A stretch of 44,237 bases of DNA from Clostridia bacterium (GTDB taxonomy: Bacteria; Bacillota; Clostridia; Oscillospirales; QAMX01). Of this stretch, positions 9,075-18,496 are shown in pieces. Position 1 is the first letter of the stretch, and each line of letters starts with the position of its first letter. The position numbers and the translations under genes are program-made. Location of the stretch: contig JAFQKV010000084.1 of NCBI GenBank assembly GCA_017414715.1, positions 1-44,237 of the forward strand, written 5' to 3'. The notes beneath the pieces were generated by a model that made no database searches, was not told the origin of the DNA, and saw nothing but the letters and a program-made list of their open reading frames with translations.

Positions 9075-10318
9075 TTCCAAGCCTCCAGAGACACCCGGAT
9101 CTCCTCCGCACCGGAGATCATCTCCGGCGTGAGGGTGATTTTTTCCATTTCGCCCGGCGCGACCCGGCGGCGGTTTGCCTCAAGAAGTACGCGCTCACCG
9201 TCACGGGCAACGATCTTCACGCGCTCGGCAGGTGCGGCCACACGCATATACAGCTCGGTCTTTCCCGCATCCGTATGCACGCGCTGGGGCAGGCAGTAAC
9301 GGATCCCTTTTTCCGCCGAAACGGTGACGGTCTTTTCCTGCGAAATCTCACCGCGGACAAATGCCGCCGCAGACCGCCCCGCAAGTTCCGCCTCATCGGA
9401 TACGTAATCCACCAGATCGTGCACCTGCAGAACGTTTCCGCAGGCAAAAATTCCGGGGATCTCCGTCTCACGCCGCTCATCCACCAGCGCACCGCCGGTG
9501 ATGGTATCCAGAGGGATCCCGGCAGCGAGGGACAGCTCGTTTTCCGGGATGAGGCCGCAGGACAGCAGCAGCGTATCGCACTCGATATACCGTTCCGTTC
9601 CGGGAACGGGACGGCGGCTTTCATCCACCGCTACCACTGTGACACCGGTGAGGCGGTCACGGCCGTGGATCTCCTTGACGGTGGTGGAAAGATACAGCGG
9701 AATGTCAAAATCCTCCAGACACTGGACGATATTTCTTGTCAGACCGCCGGAATAGGACATGAGCTCGCAGACGGCCTCCACCTTGGCACCCTCCAGCGTC
9801 AGGCGACGGGCCATGATGAGTCCGATGTCGCCGGAACCGAGAATGACCGCCTTTTTGCCCACCATATAGCCCTCGCAGTTGATGAGCCGCTGGGCGGTGC
9901 CGGCGCTGAAAATGCCCGCCGGGCGAGTGCCGCCGATGTTCAGCGCGCCCCGGCTGCGCTCCCGGCAGCCCATGGCAAGAATGACGGCACCGGCCTCGAT
10001 CTTCAAGATTCCCTCACGGGAGCAGGCGGTCACCTCACGGTCGGGAGAAACGGCCGTGACCATGGTCTCCCGCAGGATGCGGATGCCTCGCTTTACAGCC
10101 TCCGCGGCATAGACCGCGGCGTATTCCGGGCCGGTCAGTTCGCGGCCAAGCTTATGAAGTCCGAATCCGTTGTGGATGCACTGGCGCAGAACACCGCCGG
10201 GGGCTTCCTCGCGGTCGATGATGACCACATCGGTAACACCGGCATCATAGGCAGCCACCGCCGCGGCAAGACCCGCAGGGCCGCCGCCAACGATGACGAT
10301 ATCGTGTTTCTCTGTCAT
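9071..10318 (-). CDS. FAD/NAD(P)-dependent oxidoreductase (second subunit of the G3PDH module)
   Basis: GGGPAG, QCIHNGFG, GSGDIG and FACGNVLQVHDLVD motifs. Confidence 0.88.
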   Translation of the reverse strand: MTEKHDIVIVGGGPAGLAAAVAAYDAGVTDVVIIDREEAPGGVLRQCIHNGFGLHKLGRELTGPEYAAVYAAEAVKRGIRILRETMVTAVSPDREVTACSREGILKIEAGAVILAMGCRERSRGALNIGGTRPAGIFSAGTAQRLINCEGYMVGKKAVILGSGDIGLIMARRLTLEGAKVEAVCELMSYSGGLTRNIVQCLEDFDIPLYLSTTVKEIHGRDRLTGVTVVAVDESRRPVPGTERYIECDTLLLSCGLIPENELSLAAGIPLDTITGGALVDERRETEIPGIFACGNVLQVHDLVDYVSDEAELAGRSAAAFVRGEISQEKTVTVSAEKGIRYCLPQRVHTDAGKTELYMRVAAPAERVKIVARDGERVLLEANRRRVAPGEMEKITLTPEMISGAEEIRVSLEAWK

Positions 10319-10331
10319 ATTTGCATCCCCC

Positions 10332-11765
10332 CTACAGTCTGCCTGTCAGAATATGGGAACCGGGCCCCTTCTTGGTCACCTGCTCCTCAGGGATCCCCAG
10401 TTCCTCTGCGATGATGCGCATGACGTGGGGCATGCAGAAGCCGCCCTGGCAGCGGCCCATGCCCGCACGGGTGCGGCGCTTGACGCTATCCACGTCCCGC
10501 GCACCGGGCGCGCGGCGCACCGCATCCCGGATCTCGCCCTCGCTGATGCCCTCGCAGCGGCAGACGATACGGCCGTAATCGGGATTTTCGCGGATAAAGG
10601 CATCCTTTTCCTCGTCGTTCATATGTCGGAAGGCCTCCGTATCGGGACGGGTGCCGTCCCAATGCGCCTTCGGCTCCAGCACGAGCCCCGCGCCGGAAAG
10701 CAGCTCCGTCACCCGCTCCGCAATGGCAACGCAGGAGGTCAGGCCGGGGGAATCGATGGCTGCAGCGTGCACAAGGCCCGGCACACGCTCGGAGGTGCGG
10801 ATGATAAAATCGCCGCCCTTTTCCGAGGCGCGCACGCCGGAGAAAGAGGTAATAACCCTGGCAAACTGCACCCCGGGAACGCTCCGGGCAGAGAGGGCCT
10901 TGACGGTTTCAACACCCTCCGGGGTGATCTCGGTGTTTTCCGGGCTCTCCACCGCCGCGGCAGTGGGGCCCGTCAGCAGGTTTCCGTCCACCGTCGGGCT
11001 GACAAGGATTCCCTTGCCCGCTGCAGACGGAACCTGAAAGATGGTATGCGCGACGCGTCCGCCCTCGGCCTTGTCAAGCAGAAGATATTCACCGGCTCGG
11101 GGAATGATCGAAAAGTCTCCGTCGCCAAAAAGCGCGGCAACGCGGTCGGAATAGGCACCTGCACAGTTGACAACGTACCGCGCCTCTACGGTTTCGCCGC
11201 TCTCTGCGCGCAGGCAGAAAGCTTCATCCGTCTTTTCCGCGCCGCAGACGGCGAAATTGCGATAAAAATCGATGCCGTTGTCGATCGCATTTCCTGCTGC
11301 GGCAATGGTCAGCTTATATGGGCAGACGATGCCCGCCGTGGGCACGTGTAGCACCAGAGAAACTTCTCCCGAAAGCTCCGGTTCCAGTTCTCTTGCCTCA
11401 TCGCCGGTAAGGATGCGGAGATCCTTCACGCCGTTTACGAGGCCGCGCTCGTAGAGCGCATGCACGGCAGGCTCCTCCGCCGCACCGAAGGCGCAGATCA
11501 TGGATCCGTTGCGGATACAGGGCACGTGCAGCTCCTCCGCCGCGCGGAAAAGCTTCTCCACACCGAGAATGTTCATCTCCGCCTTCAGCGTACCCGGCTC
11601 GGGATCATAGCCGCCGTGAACGATGCCGCTGTTGGCACGGGATGCCCCGGCCGCCACATCGTTTGTCCGCTCCAACAGACAGACCTTCAGCCTGTATCGG
11701 GAAAGCTCCCGCGCCGTCATGGCACCGATAATGCCCGCGCCGATGATGGCAACATCATAAACCAT
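10332..11765 (-). CDS. FAD-dependent glycerol-3-phosphate dehydrogenase-like protein with C-terminal BFD [2Fe-2S] domain
   Basis: IIGAGIIG and ANSGIVHGG; C-terminal CRCE...GRCQGGFC; downstream of glpP. Confidence 0.85.
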   Translation of the reverse strand: MVYDVAIIGAGIIGAMTARELSRYRLKVCLLERTNDVAAGASRANSGIVHGGYDPEPGTLKAEMNILGVEKLFRAAEELHVPCIRNGSMICAFGAAEEPAVHALYERGLVNGVKDLRILTGDEARELEPELSGEVSLVLHVPTAGIVCPYKLTIAAAGNAIDNGIDFYRNFAVCGAEKTDEAFCLRAESGETVEARYVVNCAGAYSDRVAALFGDGDFSIIPRAGEYLLLDKAEGGRVAHTIFQVPSAAGKGILVSPTVDGNLLTGPTAAAVESPENTEITPEGVETVKALSARSVPGVQFARVITSFSGVRASEKGGDFIIRTSERVPGLVHAAAIDSPGLTSCVAIAERVTELLSGAGLVLEPKAHWDGTRPDTEAFRHMNDEEKDAFIRENPDYGRIVCRCEGISEGEIRDAVRRAPGARDVDSVKRRTRAGMGRCQGGFCMPHVMRIIAEELGIPEEQVTKKGPGSHILTGRL

Positions 11766-11782
11766 ATTCTGTATACCCCTCC

Positions 11783-11860
11783 AAAAAAAATCGCAGAGAC
11801 ACGAAAAATCCGGAGGCCGTGTTGTCACGGTCTCCCGAAATCCGTCTCTCTGCATCTCTA
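11783..11860 (-). promoter_or_regulatory. Leader terminator, probable GlpP antitermination target
   Basis: Long imperfect hairpin (gcagagagacg...cgtgtctctgc; inner accgtg-acaa-cacggc) followed by T8, between glpP and the dehydrogenase start. Confidence 0.7.
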
Positions 11861-11882
11861 CGAATCCAAATATTTACACTTT

Positions 11883-12449
11883 TTACAGATACCAGAGCTC
11901 TTCCCTGCCGGTGGAAACGGCCAGCGCCCCGCTCTGCAGGGCAGCGGTGACCTCCGCCTTGGTTTCAATGAGCCCGCCCGCGATGACGGGCAGCCGGTCG
12001 GCGGAAAAGCGCTCGATGACCTTTCCGATAACGCCGGGCATGATCTCAAAAACATCCGCCCCACTTTGGGCGCACATATCGCGAATGGAGGACAACCCCT
12101 GGGAATCCAGCGCGAAGACCCGCTGAACGGCCAGTAAGCCCTTCTCCTTGGCATAGCCCACCGTCTGGCGGCTGGTGGTGAGGATACCGGCCGCACCGCA
12201 CCTTGCGAAAAATTCCACCCCGGCGCGATCCTTTGCCACCCCTTCGGCCAGATCCAGATGGACAAAAACCAGCTTGCCCCGGTCGGTGGCCTCACGAATG
12301 TGCTCCTCCGCAGTCAGGAGGCTTGCCTTGAGATAAAAAATGATGCGGGCGGGGGAACGGATCGCCGCCTGCCACTTGTCATCCCGTACGGCGGCGATGA
12401 CAGGATCGCAGGAAAGAACATCCAAAAATTCCGCCCGTGTCATGCGCAC
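11883..12449 (-). CDS. glpP: Glycerol-3-phosphate-responsive antiterminator
   Basis: PVIAAVR, FVHLDLAEG, QRVFALDS, EIMPG, IAGGLI and AVST motifs. Confidence 0.93.
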   Translation of the reverse strand: MRMTRAEFLDVLSCDPVIAAVRDDKWQAAIRSPARIIFYLKASLLTAEEHIREATDRGKLVFVHLDLAEGVAKDRAGVEFFARCGAAGILTTSRQTVGYAKEKGLLAVQRVFALDSQGLSSIRDMCAQSGADVFEIMPGVIGKVIERFSADRLPVIAGGLIETKAEVTAALQSGALAVSTGREELWYL

Positions 12450-12665
12450 ACCTCACAAAATATCCTTAACGGATATATTTTATTATATAATCCTCCGAAT
12501 GTCAATCGTTCCGGCGCATTTTCCGCCCCCTTGCGTCCTCTTCCCGCGCAGCATCCCTCAACCCACAGTTGAACCCCATCACCCAAAGGGTTATTGCAGC
12601 CACGCACTCCGTATGTTATACTTAATTTTAGTGCAGATACAAGCACCTTCAAAGGAGGTATAGGC

Positions 12666-13451
12666 ATGCATATTGGCAACAAAATCCGGGAGCTGCGCAA
12701 AATGCGGGGCATCACGCAGGAGCAGCTGGCTGAGCGCATCGGCATTTCCTTTCAGGCCGTCAGCAAGTGGGAAAATAATATCACCCTGCCCGACATCACC
12801 CACGCGCCGGTTTTGGCCCGCATTTTCGGTGTTTCCATGGACGAGTTGTTCGATTATGACGCCACAGAGACCGCCCGCGAGATCGCGGACATCGCCGATG
12901 CCGCATACAAATGCATGCTGAAAAACCCGCTTGAGAGCAAGAGAATCCTGATGGAAGGGCTGAAAAAATATCCGGATCATGAAATTCTCTTAGGCGACCT
13001 GTTGTATTTTCTGGATTATTCGGAAAACCCGGATGAAACCATCGCCGTCGCCAGCAAGCTGATTGAAAAGACCGACCAAAGCAACATAAAATATGATGCG
13101 CTTCGCTTTCTTGCCTATGCATACAAAGCAAAAGGGGACATGGAGAGCGCTGCCGCCGCCATTGAGCAAATTCCCGAAATGTGTTTTACAAAGCTGACAG
13201 AGAAGGCGCGCATTTTATCCGGAAAGCCAAAGCTTGAGGCCGCCGAAAAGCAAAAGCAGCTTTCCTCTGCCAATCTGCTGCTCATGATGCGCGAAATTGC
13301 CGATTATTATGAAAGCTGCGGAAATGCGGCAGAAGCCCTTACGGAGGCCGAGAAAGCGCTGAACCTCATGTCGATCATCGGGGATCCCGACTTCGACGGC
13401 ATTGCCGCATCCTTCCGCAGGCAAACCGAGCGCCTGCGCAATTCTGTATAA
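12666..13451 (+). CDS. XRE-family HTH transcriptional regulator with helical/TPR-like C-terminus
   Basis: IRELRKMRGITQEQLAERIGISFQAVSKWE; GGAGG RBS; TTGCAG-17-TATACT promoter upstream. Confidence 0.9.
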   Translation: MHIGNKIRELRKMRGITQEQLAERIGISFQAVSKWENNITLPDITHAPVLARIFGVSMDELFDYDATETAREIADIADAAYKCMLKNPLESKRILMEGLKKYPDHEILLGDLLYFLDYSENPDETIAVASKLIEKTDQSNIKYDALRFLAYAYKAKGDMESAAAAIEQIPEMCFTKLTEKARILSGKPKLEAAEKQKQLSSANLLLMMREIADYYESCGNAAEALTEAEKALNLMSIIGDPDFDGIAASFRRQTERLRNSV

Positions 13452-13546
13452 TCCATCTTCCGGCCTGCCCGGCGGCTATCGCTTGAAAATTCTGACGGTA
13501 AATGCTATACTGAACGTATATTTCCCGAAAGGAACCCGAAACTGTT

Positions 13547-14488
13547 ATGCCCGTTTTTCTTTCCACCCTGGGCCAGATGGCGCAGCTTGCCTTCTTTATT
13601 CTCATCGGCTATATTCTTGTCCGCGCAAAAATCCTTCCCGGCGAAGGAACGACTCTTCTCTCCCGGATGGAAAACTGGATCTTTATCCCCGCCCTCATTC
13701 TCGGCACCTTCATGCAGAATTTCACCCCCGACCGGCTTTCCACCGCATGGCAGTACGTTGCCTGCGGCAGCGCCGTCGCCATCGGCGGGATGCTCATTGC
13801 CCTGCTGGTCTCTCCCCTCTGCGCAAAGGATTCCTATATCCGCAAGCTCTACACTTACGGCCTCACCTTTTCCAATTTCGGATTCATGGGAAATGCCGTT
13901 ATCATGGCCCTCTATCCCGATCTCTTCCCCGACTATCTCGTCTTCTCCATCCCGCTGTGGATCCTCATCTACGGCTGGGGCGTTCCGGTGCTGCTCATCC
14001 CGGCAGAAAATGCAAATCGGAGTCTTGCTGCCCGGCTCAAGCCCTTCTTAAACCCCATGTTCGCCGCGATGCTCCTCGGCATCCTTCTGGGACTTGCAAG
14101 AATTCCTGTCCCGGCATTTATCACCTCTGCCTGCGATTCTCTCGGTGCCTGCATGTCTCCCGTTGCGATGATTCTGACGGGCATGACCGTGGCGAAATAC
14201 GACCTCGGCGCCGTTATCCACAAGGGGTCCATTTATGCCGTCTCCGTGCTGCGGCTGCTCATCATCCCCCTGCTCTGCATTGCCGCGCTGCACTTCCTCC
14301 GCCTTCCGCAGGAGCTCGGCATCTGCATCATCTGCGGCGTTGCCATGCCCCTTGGGCTCAACACCGTCGTCGTTCCCGGCGCTTATGGTCGCGACACCTC
14401 CGTCCCCGCCGGCATGGCTCTCATCTCCCACATTTTTTCCATCGCCACCATCCCGCTGATGTTCATGCTCTTTGATCTTTTGGCCTAA
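13547..14488 (+). CDS. AEC (auxin efflux carrier) family transporter
   Basis: About 10 TM segments; FSNFGFMG, NPMFAA and AMPLGLN motifs. Confidence 0.88.
   Translation: MPVFLSTLGQMAQLAFFILIGYILVRAKILPGEGTTLLSRMENWIFIPALILGTFMQNFTPDRLSTAWQYVACGSAVAIGGMLIALLVSPLCAKDSYIRKLYTYGLTFSNFGFMGNAVIMALYPDLFPDYLVFSIPLWILIYGWGVPVLLIPAENANRSLAARLKPFLNPMFAAMLLGILLGLARIPVPAFITSACDSLGACMSPVAMILTGMTVAKYDLGAVIHKGSIYAVSVLRLLIIPLLCIAALHFLRLPQELGICIICGVAMPLGLNTVVVPGAYGRDTSVPAGMALISHIFSIATIPLMFMLFDLLA
14436..14469 (+). repeat. Direct repeat copy 1 (3' end of the AEC gene)
   Basis: tttccatcgccaccatcccgctgatgttcatgct; 32/34 identical to 16424-16457. Confidence 0.9.
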
Positions 14489-14525
14489 AGTTTGTCTCTA
14501 TTCTGAAATTTTGTGAGGTGATCCC

Positions 14526-14873
14526 ATGTATCTGTTTGTTTCCCATGCGACCATTTCCCGCATGACGGGCGAATTTGATACAGAAACTCCGCAGATCCGC
14601 TTCCCTGTCAAATTTGTGACACGGTGCGTTTTCACCTACACGTTTCTTCTCTTTTTGGGGTTCTTTTTCCTCTATCATCTGTTTTCCTTTGTTGCGGCCA
14701 TTGTGCTGCTTTTGGCTATCGTCTATGCTTTTTTGATCGGCAAACTCTTTTCGGTTCTCGGTCTTTCCCTTTGGAAATATATCGTTGGAAATATCCTTTG
14801 GTGGGCGCTGATCGGCACACTTGCCATCCTGCTGCGGTCAGCCCTCATCACCGGTCTTGCATCGCTTCTGTAA
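14526..14873 (+). CDS. Hypothetical membrane protein
   Basis: GAGGTGAT RBS; about 3 hydrophobic segments; T-rich. Confidence 0.65.
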   Translation: MYLFVSHATISRMTGEFDTETPQIRFPVKFVTRCVFTYTFLLFLGFFFLYHLFSFVAAIVLLLAIVYAFLIGKLFSVLGLSLWKYIVGNILWWALIGTLAILLRSALITGLASLL

Positions 14874-14889
14874 GAAAGGAGTCTCAACC

Positions 14890-16386
14890 ATGCAACTTCT
14901 GAACACCGCGCCTCTTTCCAATGCGTCTCTCTGGGCGGCACAGTTCCGCACCTTCAGGCTGGACGAGCTTCTGCGTATGGATTCCACAGAGCTCGCAGGA
15001 CTCATCACCTGTGATGCCGATGAGATCCGCGCCCGGCAGGAGATTTATGCCGACTGCATGCAGAATTCCCGTCTGCTTCCGCTGTTTGATCGGATCCTTT
15101 CCGCCATCGACGACATTCTTGCCCTCCGGCAGAAAGAACGAGACTCCGGTCCCGATACGGAGCGTGCCCTCTATGCCGTCCGTTCCCTGCAGATCTATAT
15201 CAGCCTCATTGAGGAGATCTCCACCGTTGCCACAGAGTTTGTCAAGTCCCTCTCCTCCACACGCCTGCGCGCGTTTTTCACCGCTTTTTCCGACATTGCC
15301 GCATCCGAGGAATTCCGCATCCTGCGTGAAGAGATCGCTACGATCGCGCTGAAAGCCGAAGGCATTCGCAGCGTCACCCTCGCCGTCAATCTCAATGCCC
15401 AGCTGCAGCCCTCCGAGATCGGCCTTCTTTCCATCAACGACACCTACTTTACCTCCGACAATCTCTATACCCGTCTGTTCGGAAAGTCCGGCGGTGAGGG
15501 GCGCGCCGCGCCTCTCCTTTCTCCAGACGGCAGCGAAGCCTCCCTGGAAAAGGCACTTTATTCCTCCCTCAACCGTTCCATCAATAAGCTTGTCCGCAAG
15601 CTCCATTCCGATCTGCTCGGGCGCTGCTCTGCCCTTGTCACGCCGCTGCTTGAATGCCGGAATTCTCTTTCCTGCATCGTGCGCAGCATGAAATTTGTCT
15701 CCTACTGCCGCGGACGCTGCGGAAATCTGTGCTTTGCCTCCGTGTCGGAGACGGGCACACGGTATACCGCTGCCTACGATCCTGCGCTTCTGCAGCACCG
15801 CACCGCCTCCGAGATCGTCGGAAACGACGTTGCCTTTGGCAATACGCAGCCGACGGTACTCCTTCTGACCGGCGTTAACAGCGGCGGCAAGAGCATATAT
15901 CTGCGCTCCGTTGTGATCAACCAGCTGCTTTTCCAGCTCGGTCTCCCCGTTGCCGCCAAGGCCGCGGAGGTTCGCATCCTCCAGTCTGTGTTCTCGCATC
16001 TTTCCGCAGGCGGAAGCGATGTGGGCGGCCGCTTTGCCGCCGAATGTGCTGCCGCAAAGGAGATCATCGACGGAGCCGACGGAGATTCTCTGGTGCTGAT
16101 GGACGAGGCCTTTTCCAGCACGAATTCTCAGGAGGGCGCCGCCATCGCCTACCAGTTCATCCGCCATATGCTGGCAAAGGGCGCATACTGTATCTTTACC
16201 TCCCATTTTCTGGAGCTTCGCGGCTATGCCGAAGAGCTGATCTCCGCCGACAAAAGGCTTGGCGTTTTCCATTTCGGCACCTCCGACGGAAAGCAAACTT
16301 ATCGCCTGCAGCCCGGCTTTGTGGAGGAAAAGAATTACGCCTATCTCATCGCGAAGAAGTACGGACTGGAGTATTCCGCCGAATGA
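14890..16386 (+). CDS. MutS-domain-V ATPase (MutS-related; no mismatch-binding or Smr domain)
   Basis: Walker A TGVNSGGKS, GRFAAE, Walker B LVLMDEAFSSTN and TSHF; AAGGAG RBS. Confidence 0.85.
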   Translation: MQLLNTAPLSNASLWAAQFRTFRLDELLRMDSTELAGLITCDADEIRARQEIYADCMQNSRLLPLFDRILSAIDDILALRQKERDSGPDTERALYAVRSLQIYISLIEEISTVATEFVKSLSSTRLRAFFTAFSDIAASEEFRILREEIATIALKAEGIRSVTLAVNLNAQLQPSEIGLLSINDTYFTSDNLYTRLFGKSGGEGRAAPLLSPDGSEASLEKALYSSLNRSINKLVRKLHSDLLGRCSALVTPLLECRNSLSCIVRSMKFVSYCRGRCGNLCFASVSETGTRYTAAYDPALLQHRTASEIVGNDVAFGNTQPTVLLLTGVNSGGKSIYLRSVVINQLLFQLGLPVAAKAAEVRILQSVFSHLSAGGSDVGGRFAAECAAAKEIIDGADGDSLVLMDEAFSSTNSQEGAAIAYQFIRHMLAKGAYCIFTSHFLELRGYAEELISADKRLGVFHFGTSDGKQTYRLQPGFVEEKNYAYLIAKKYGLEYSAE

Positions 16387-16423
16387 ACCCACGCAACCTC
16401 ACAGCAGTTCGGTATTCTCAATC

Positions 16424-16457
16424 TTTCCATCACCACCATCCCGCTGATGTTCCTGCT
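16424..16457 (+). repeat. Direct repeat copy 2 (duplicate of the AEC 3' end)
   Basis: tttccatcaccaccatcccgctgatgttcctgct; reads SITTIPLMFLLYSL-stop, like the AEC C-terminus SIATIPLMFMLFDLLA. Confidence 0.9.
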
Positions 16458-16511
16458 TTATAGCCTCTGATCTATTTATCGATCTTAGTATACAAATAAG
16501 GAGGTATACAC

Positions 16512-17120
16512 ATGAAACTACGCAATCTGGTACTATGCTTCGTTGTTTTCCTGTTTTTATCCGGCTGTACGTCTACGACAATTCCGGCTGACCTCTCCGA
16601 ACGCATCACGGATTTCCAAAAAGCCAGCGACACCGTTGATCTCTCCGGAGAAAAGGATCTGATCGAAACAAACTCAATTTTTGCAATTCCCGGTTGGGAT
16701 CTCGTGAGAGAGCGAGCATCTCATGTTGTGCGCGGAAAAGTAATCGGCATCGGAAAATCCTATATCAACAAATATGATCACATCGAAACCGAGGTCTTCT
16801 TCAAGGTTGAGAAATATCTTTACGGAGATGCGGTACACGAAGATATTATCCGTGTGCTTAGTCCCTGCGGTACGGTAGGCAACGTGGTTTGCACGTTGGA
16901 GGATGGATACTACGACATGACCGTCGGCGATGAGCTGCTGCTCTTCCTCGCGGTCACAGAGACCGAGAATGATCCCTACGTTCAGGGTGTCATCCCCTAT
17001 ATCACCCTGGTCTACACCCCCGGCAGCGACGACAACTGGAATTGCACGTTCAAAACCTCAAAATGGGTGCAAACGGCAACCGCGGACGAGCTGTTGGAAT
17101 TGTTTAAGACCGCAAAATAA
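16512..17120 (+). CDS. Hypothetical lipoprotein
   Basis: Signal peptide with lipobox LSGC; AAGGAGG RBS. Confidence 0.8.
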   Translation: MKLRNLVLCFVVFLFLSGCTSTTIPADLSERITDFQKASDTVDLSGEKDLIETNSIFAIPGWDLVRERASHVVRGKVIGIGKSYINKYDHIETEVFFKVEKYLYGDAVHEDIIRVLSPCGTVGNVVCTLEDGYYDMTVGDELLLFLAVTETENDPYVQGVIPYITLVYTPGSDDNWNCTFKTSKWVQTATADELLELFKTAK

Positions 17121-17133
17121 TTCTGCATAAAGC

Positions 17134-17173
17134 ACGCCCCTGCAGGATGTTTCCTGCAGGGGCGTATTGTTTT
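17134..17173. terminator. Terminator between convergent genes
   Basis: acgcccctgcagga-tgtt-tcctgcaggggcgt. Confidence 0.75.
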
Positions 17174-17182
17174 CAAGTTTAT

Positions 17183-18016
17183 TCAGCGATTGAGAATCAG
17201 CGTCAGCCACTCCTTTGCCATATCCACCCAGCGATGGACGTAGGGGCTGAGAGACCGGGGCCGTCCGGCCGTGGTCTCATCCGCCACAGAGAGGGCATGG
17301 AGCCCGAAGGGGAACACGTGCAGCTCCACGGGCACGTTTCCGCGCCGCAGGGCGATGGCGTAACGCAGGCTGTCCTCCACGGGAACGGCCTCGTCCTCTG
17401 CCGTATGCCAGATAAAGCAGGGCGCGGTCTTATCGCTGATGAGGGCACGGAGATCGTGCTTTTTGCACTCCTCCATGCTGGCATCCGCATCGCCAAGATA
17501 GTGCTGCATGCTCTTCCAGTGGCTGTCGTCCTCACAGATGGAAACGGGATAACCGAGGATCATGGCATCGATGCGCAGCAGCGCAGGATCCACGCCGAGG
17601 GTCTCGGCGATCCAACTCTCATGATAACGGGAGCCGACCGTTCCTGCGAGGTGACCGCCGGCAGAGAAGCCGATGACGGAGAGCTTGTCGCTGTTGTTCC
17701 ATTCCGGATTGGTGCGGATGAGATGGACGGCGGCCATGGCCTGCAGCAGGGGCTTGGGATAGCCCTCGGGCAGGCGGGAATAATCCAGCACGTAGCAGTT
17801 GAAACCGCGGGAATAGAAGGCGATGGCAATAGGCTCCTGCTCACGGATGGAAAGGTTGACATATCCGCCGCCGGGGCAGATAAGCATGGCGGGGAAGCGG
17901 TACTTCTCCTCCACGGGACCACAGTCGGTATGGACGTATGCCTTCAAGGTAGCCTGATGCTCACCGCCGGCGAGCATCGGATACTTTTCAAAAAGGTTGA
18001 TCGTTTCAATTCTCAT
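17183..18016 (-). CDS. Alpha/beta hydrolase (acetyl/feruloyl esterase-like)
   Basis: ICPGGGY, nucleophile GFSAGG, D..VP and H motifs. Confidence 0.88.
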   Translation of the reverse strand: MRIETINLFEKYPMLAGGEHQATLKAYVHTDCGPVEEKYRFPAMLICPGGGYVNLSIREQEPIAIAFYSRGFNCYVLDYSRLPEGYPKPLLQAMAAVHLIRTNPEWNNSDKLSVIGFSAGGHLAGTVGSRYHESWIAETLGVDPALLRIDAMILGYPVSICEDDSHWKSMQHYLGDADASMEECKKHDLRALISDKTAPCFIWHTAEDEAVPVEDSLRYAIALRRGNVPVELHVFPFGLHALSVADETTAGRPRSLSPYVHRWVDMAKEWLTLILNR

Positions 18017-18034
18017 AATTTCTTCTCCAATTCC

Positions 18035-18493
18035 TTAGTCCCGCTCCCGCAGGCTGCGCTCGGTATCCCGCTCCGCCGCCTTGCGGGCAAGGTCCGCGCG
18101 TTTGTCATACAGTTTTTTGCCCTTGCAAAGCCCCAGTTCCACCTTGACCCGGGAATTTTTCAGATACACGGAGAGAGGCACGAGGGCGCAGCCGTCCTGC
18201 TTGACCTGGCCGTAGAGCTTCATGATCTCCCGACGGTGCATGAGAAGCTTCTTGGGGCGCATGGGATCCCGGTTGAAAATATTACCCTTTTCATAGGGAC
18301 TGATATGCATTCCGAGGGCAAAAAGCTCACCGTTTTTGACGTGGCAGTAGCTATCTTTCAGATTAACGCCCCCCTGCCGGATGCTCTTGACCTCGGTACC
18401 GCAAAGCTCGATGCCCGCCTCGTGGGTCTCCAGTACAAAAAAGTCATGCCGCGCCTTGCGGTTCTGCGCGATGACCTTGACTCCGCTCTGCAT
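18035..18493 (-). CDS. smpB: SsrA-binding protein
   Basis: [23 protein letters not shown] and GKKLYDKR motifs. Confidence 0.97.
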   Translation of the reverse strand: MQSGVKVIAQNRKARHDFFVLETHEAGIELCGTEVKSIRQGGVNLKDSYCHVKNGELFALGMHISPYEKGNIFNRDPMRPKKLLMHRREIMKLYGQVKQDGCALVPLSVYLKNSRVKVELGLCKGKKLYDKRADLARKAAERDTERSLRERD

Positions 18494-18496
18494 GGC

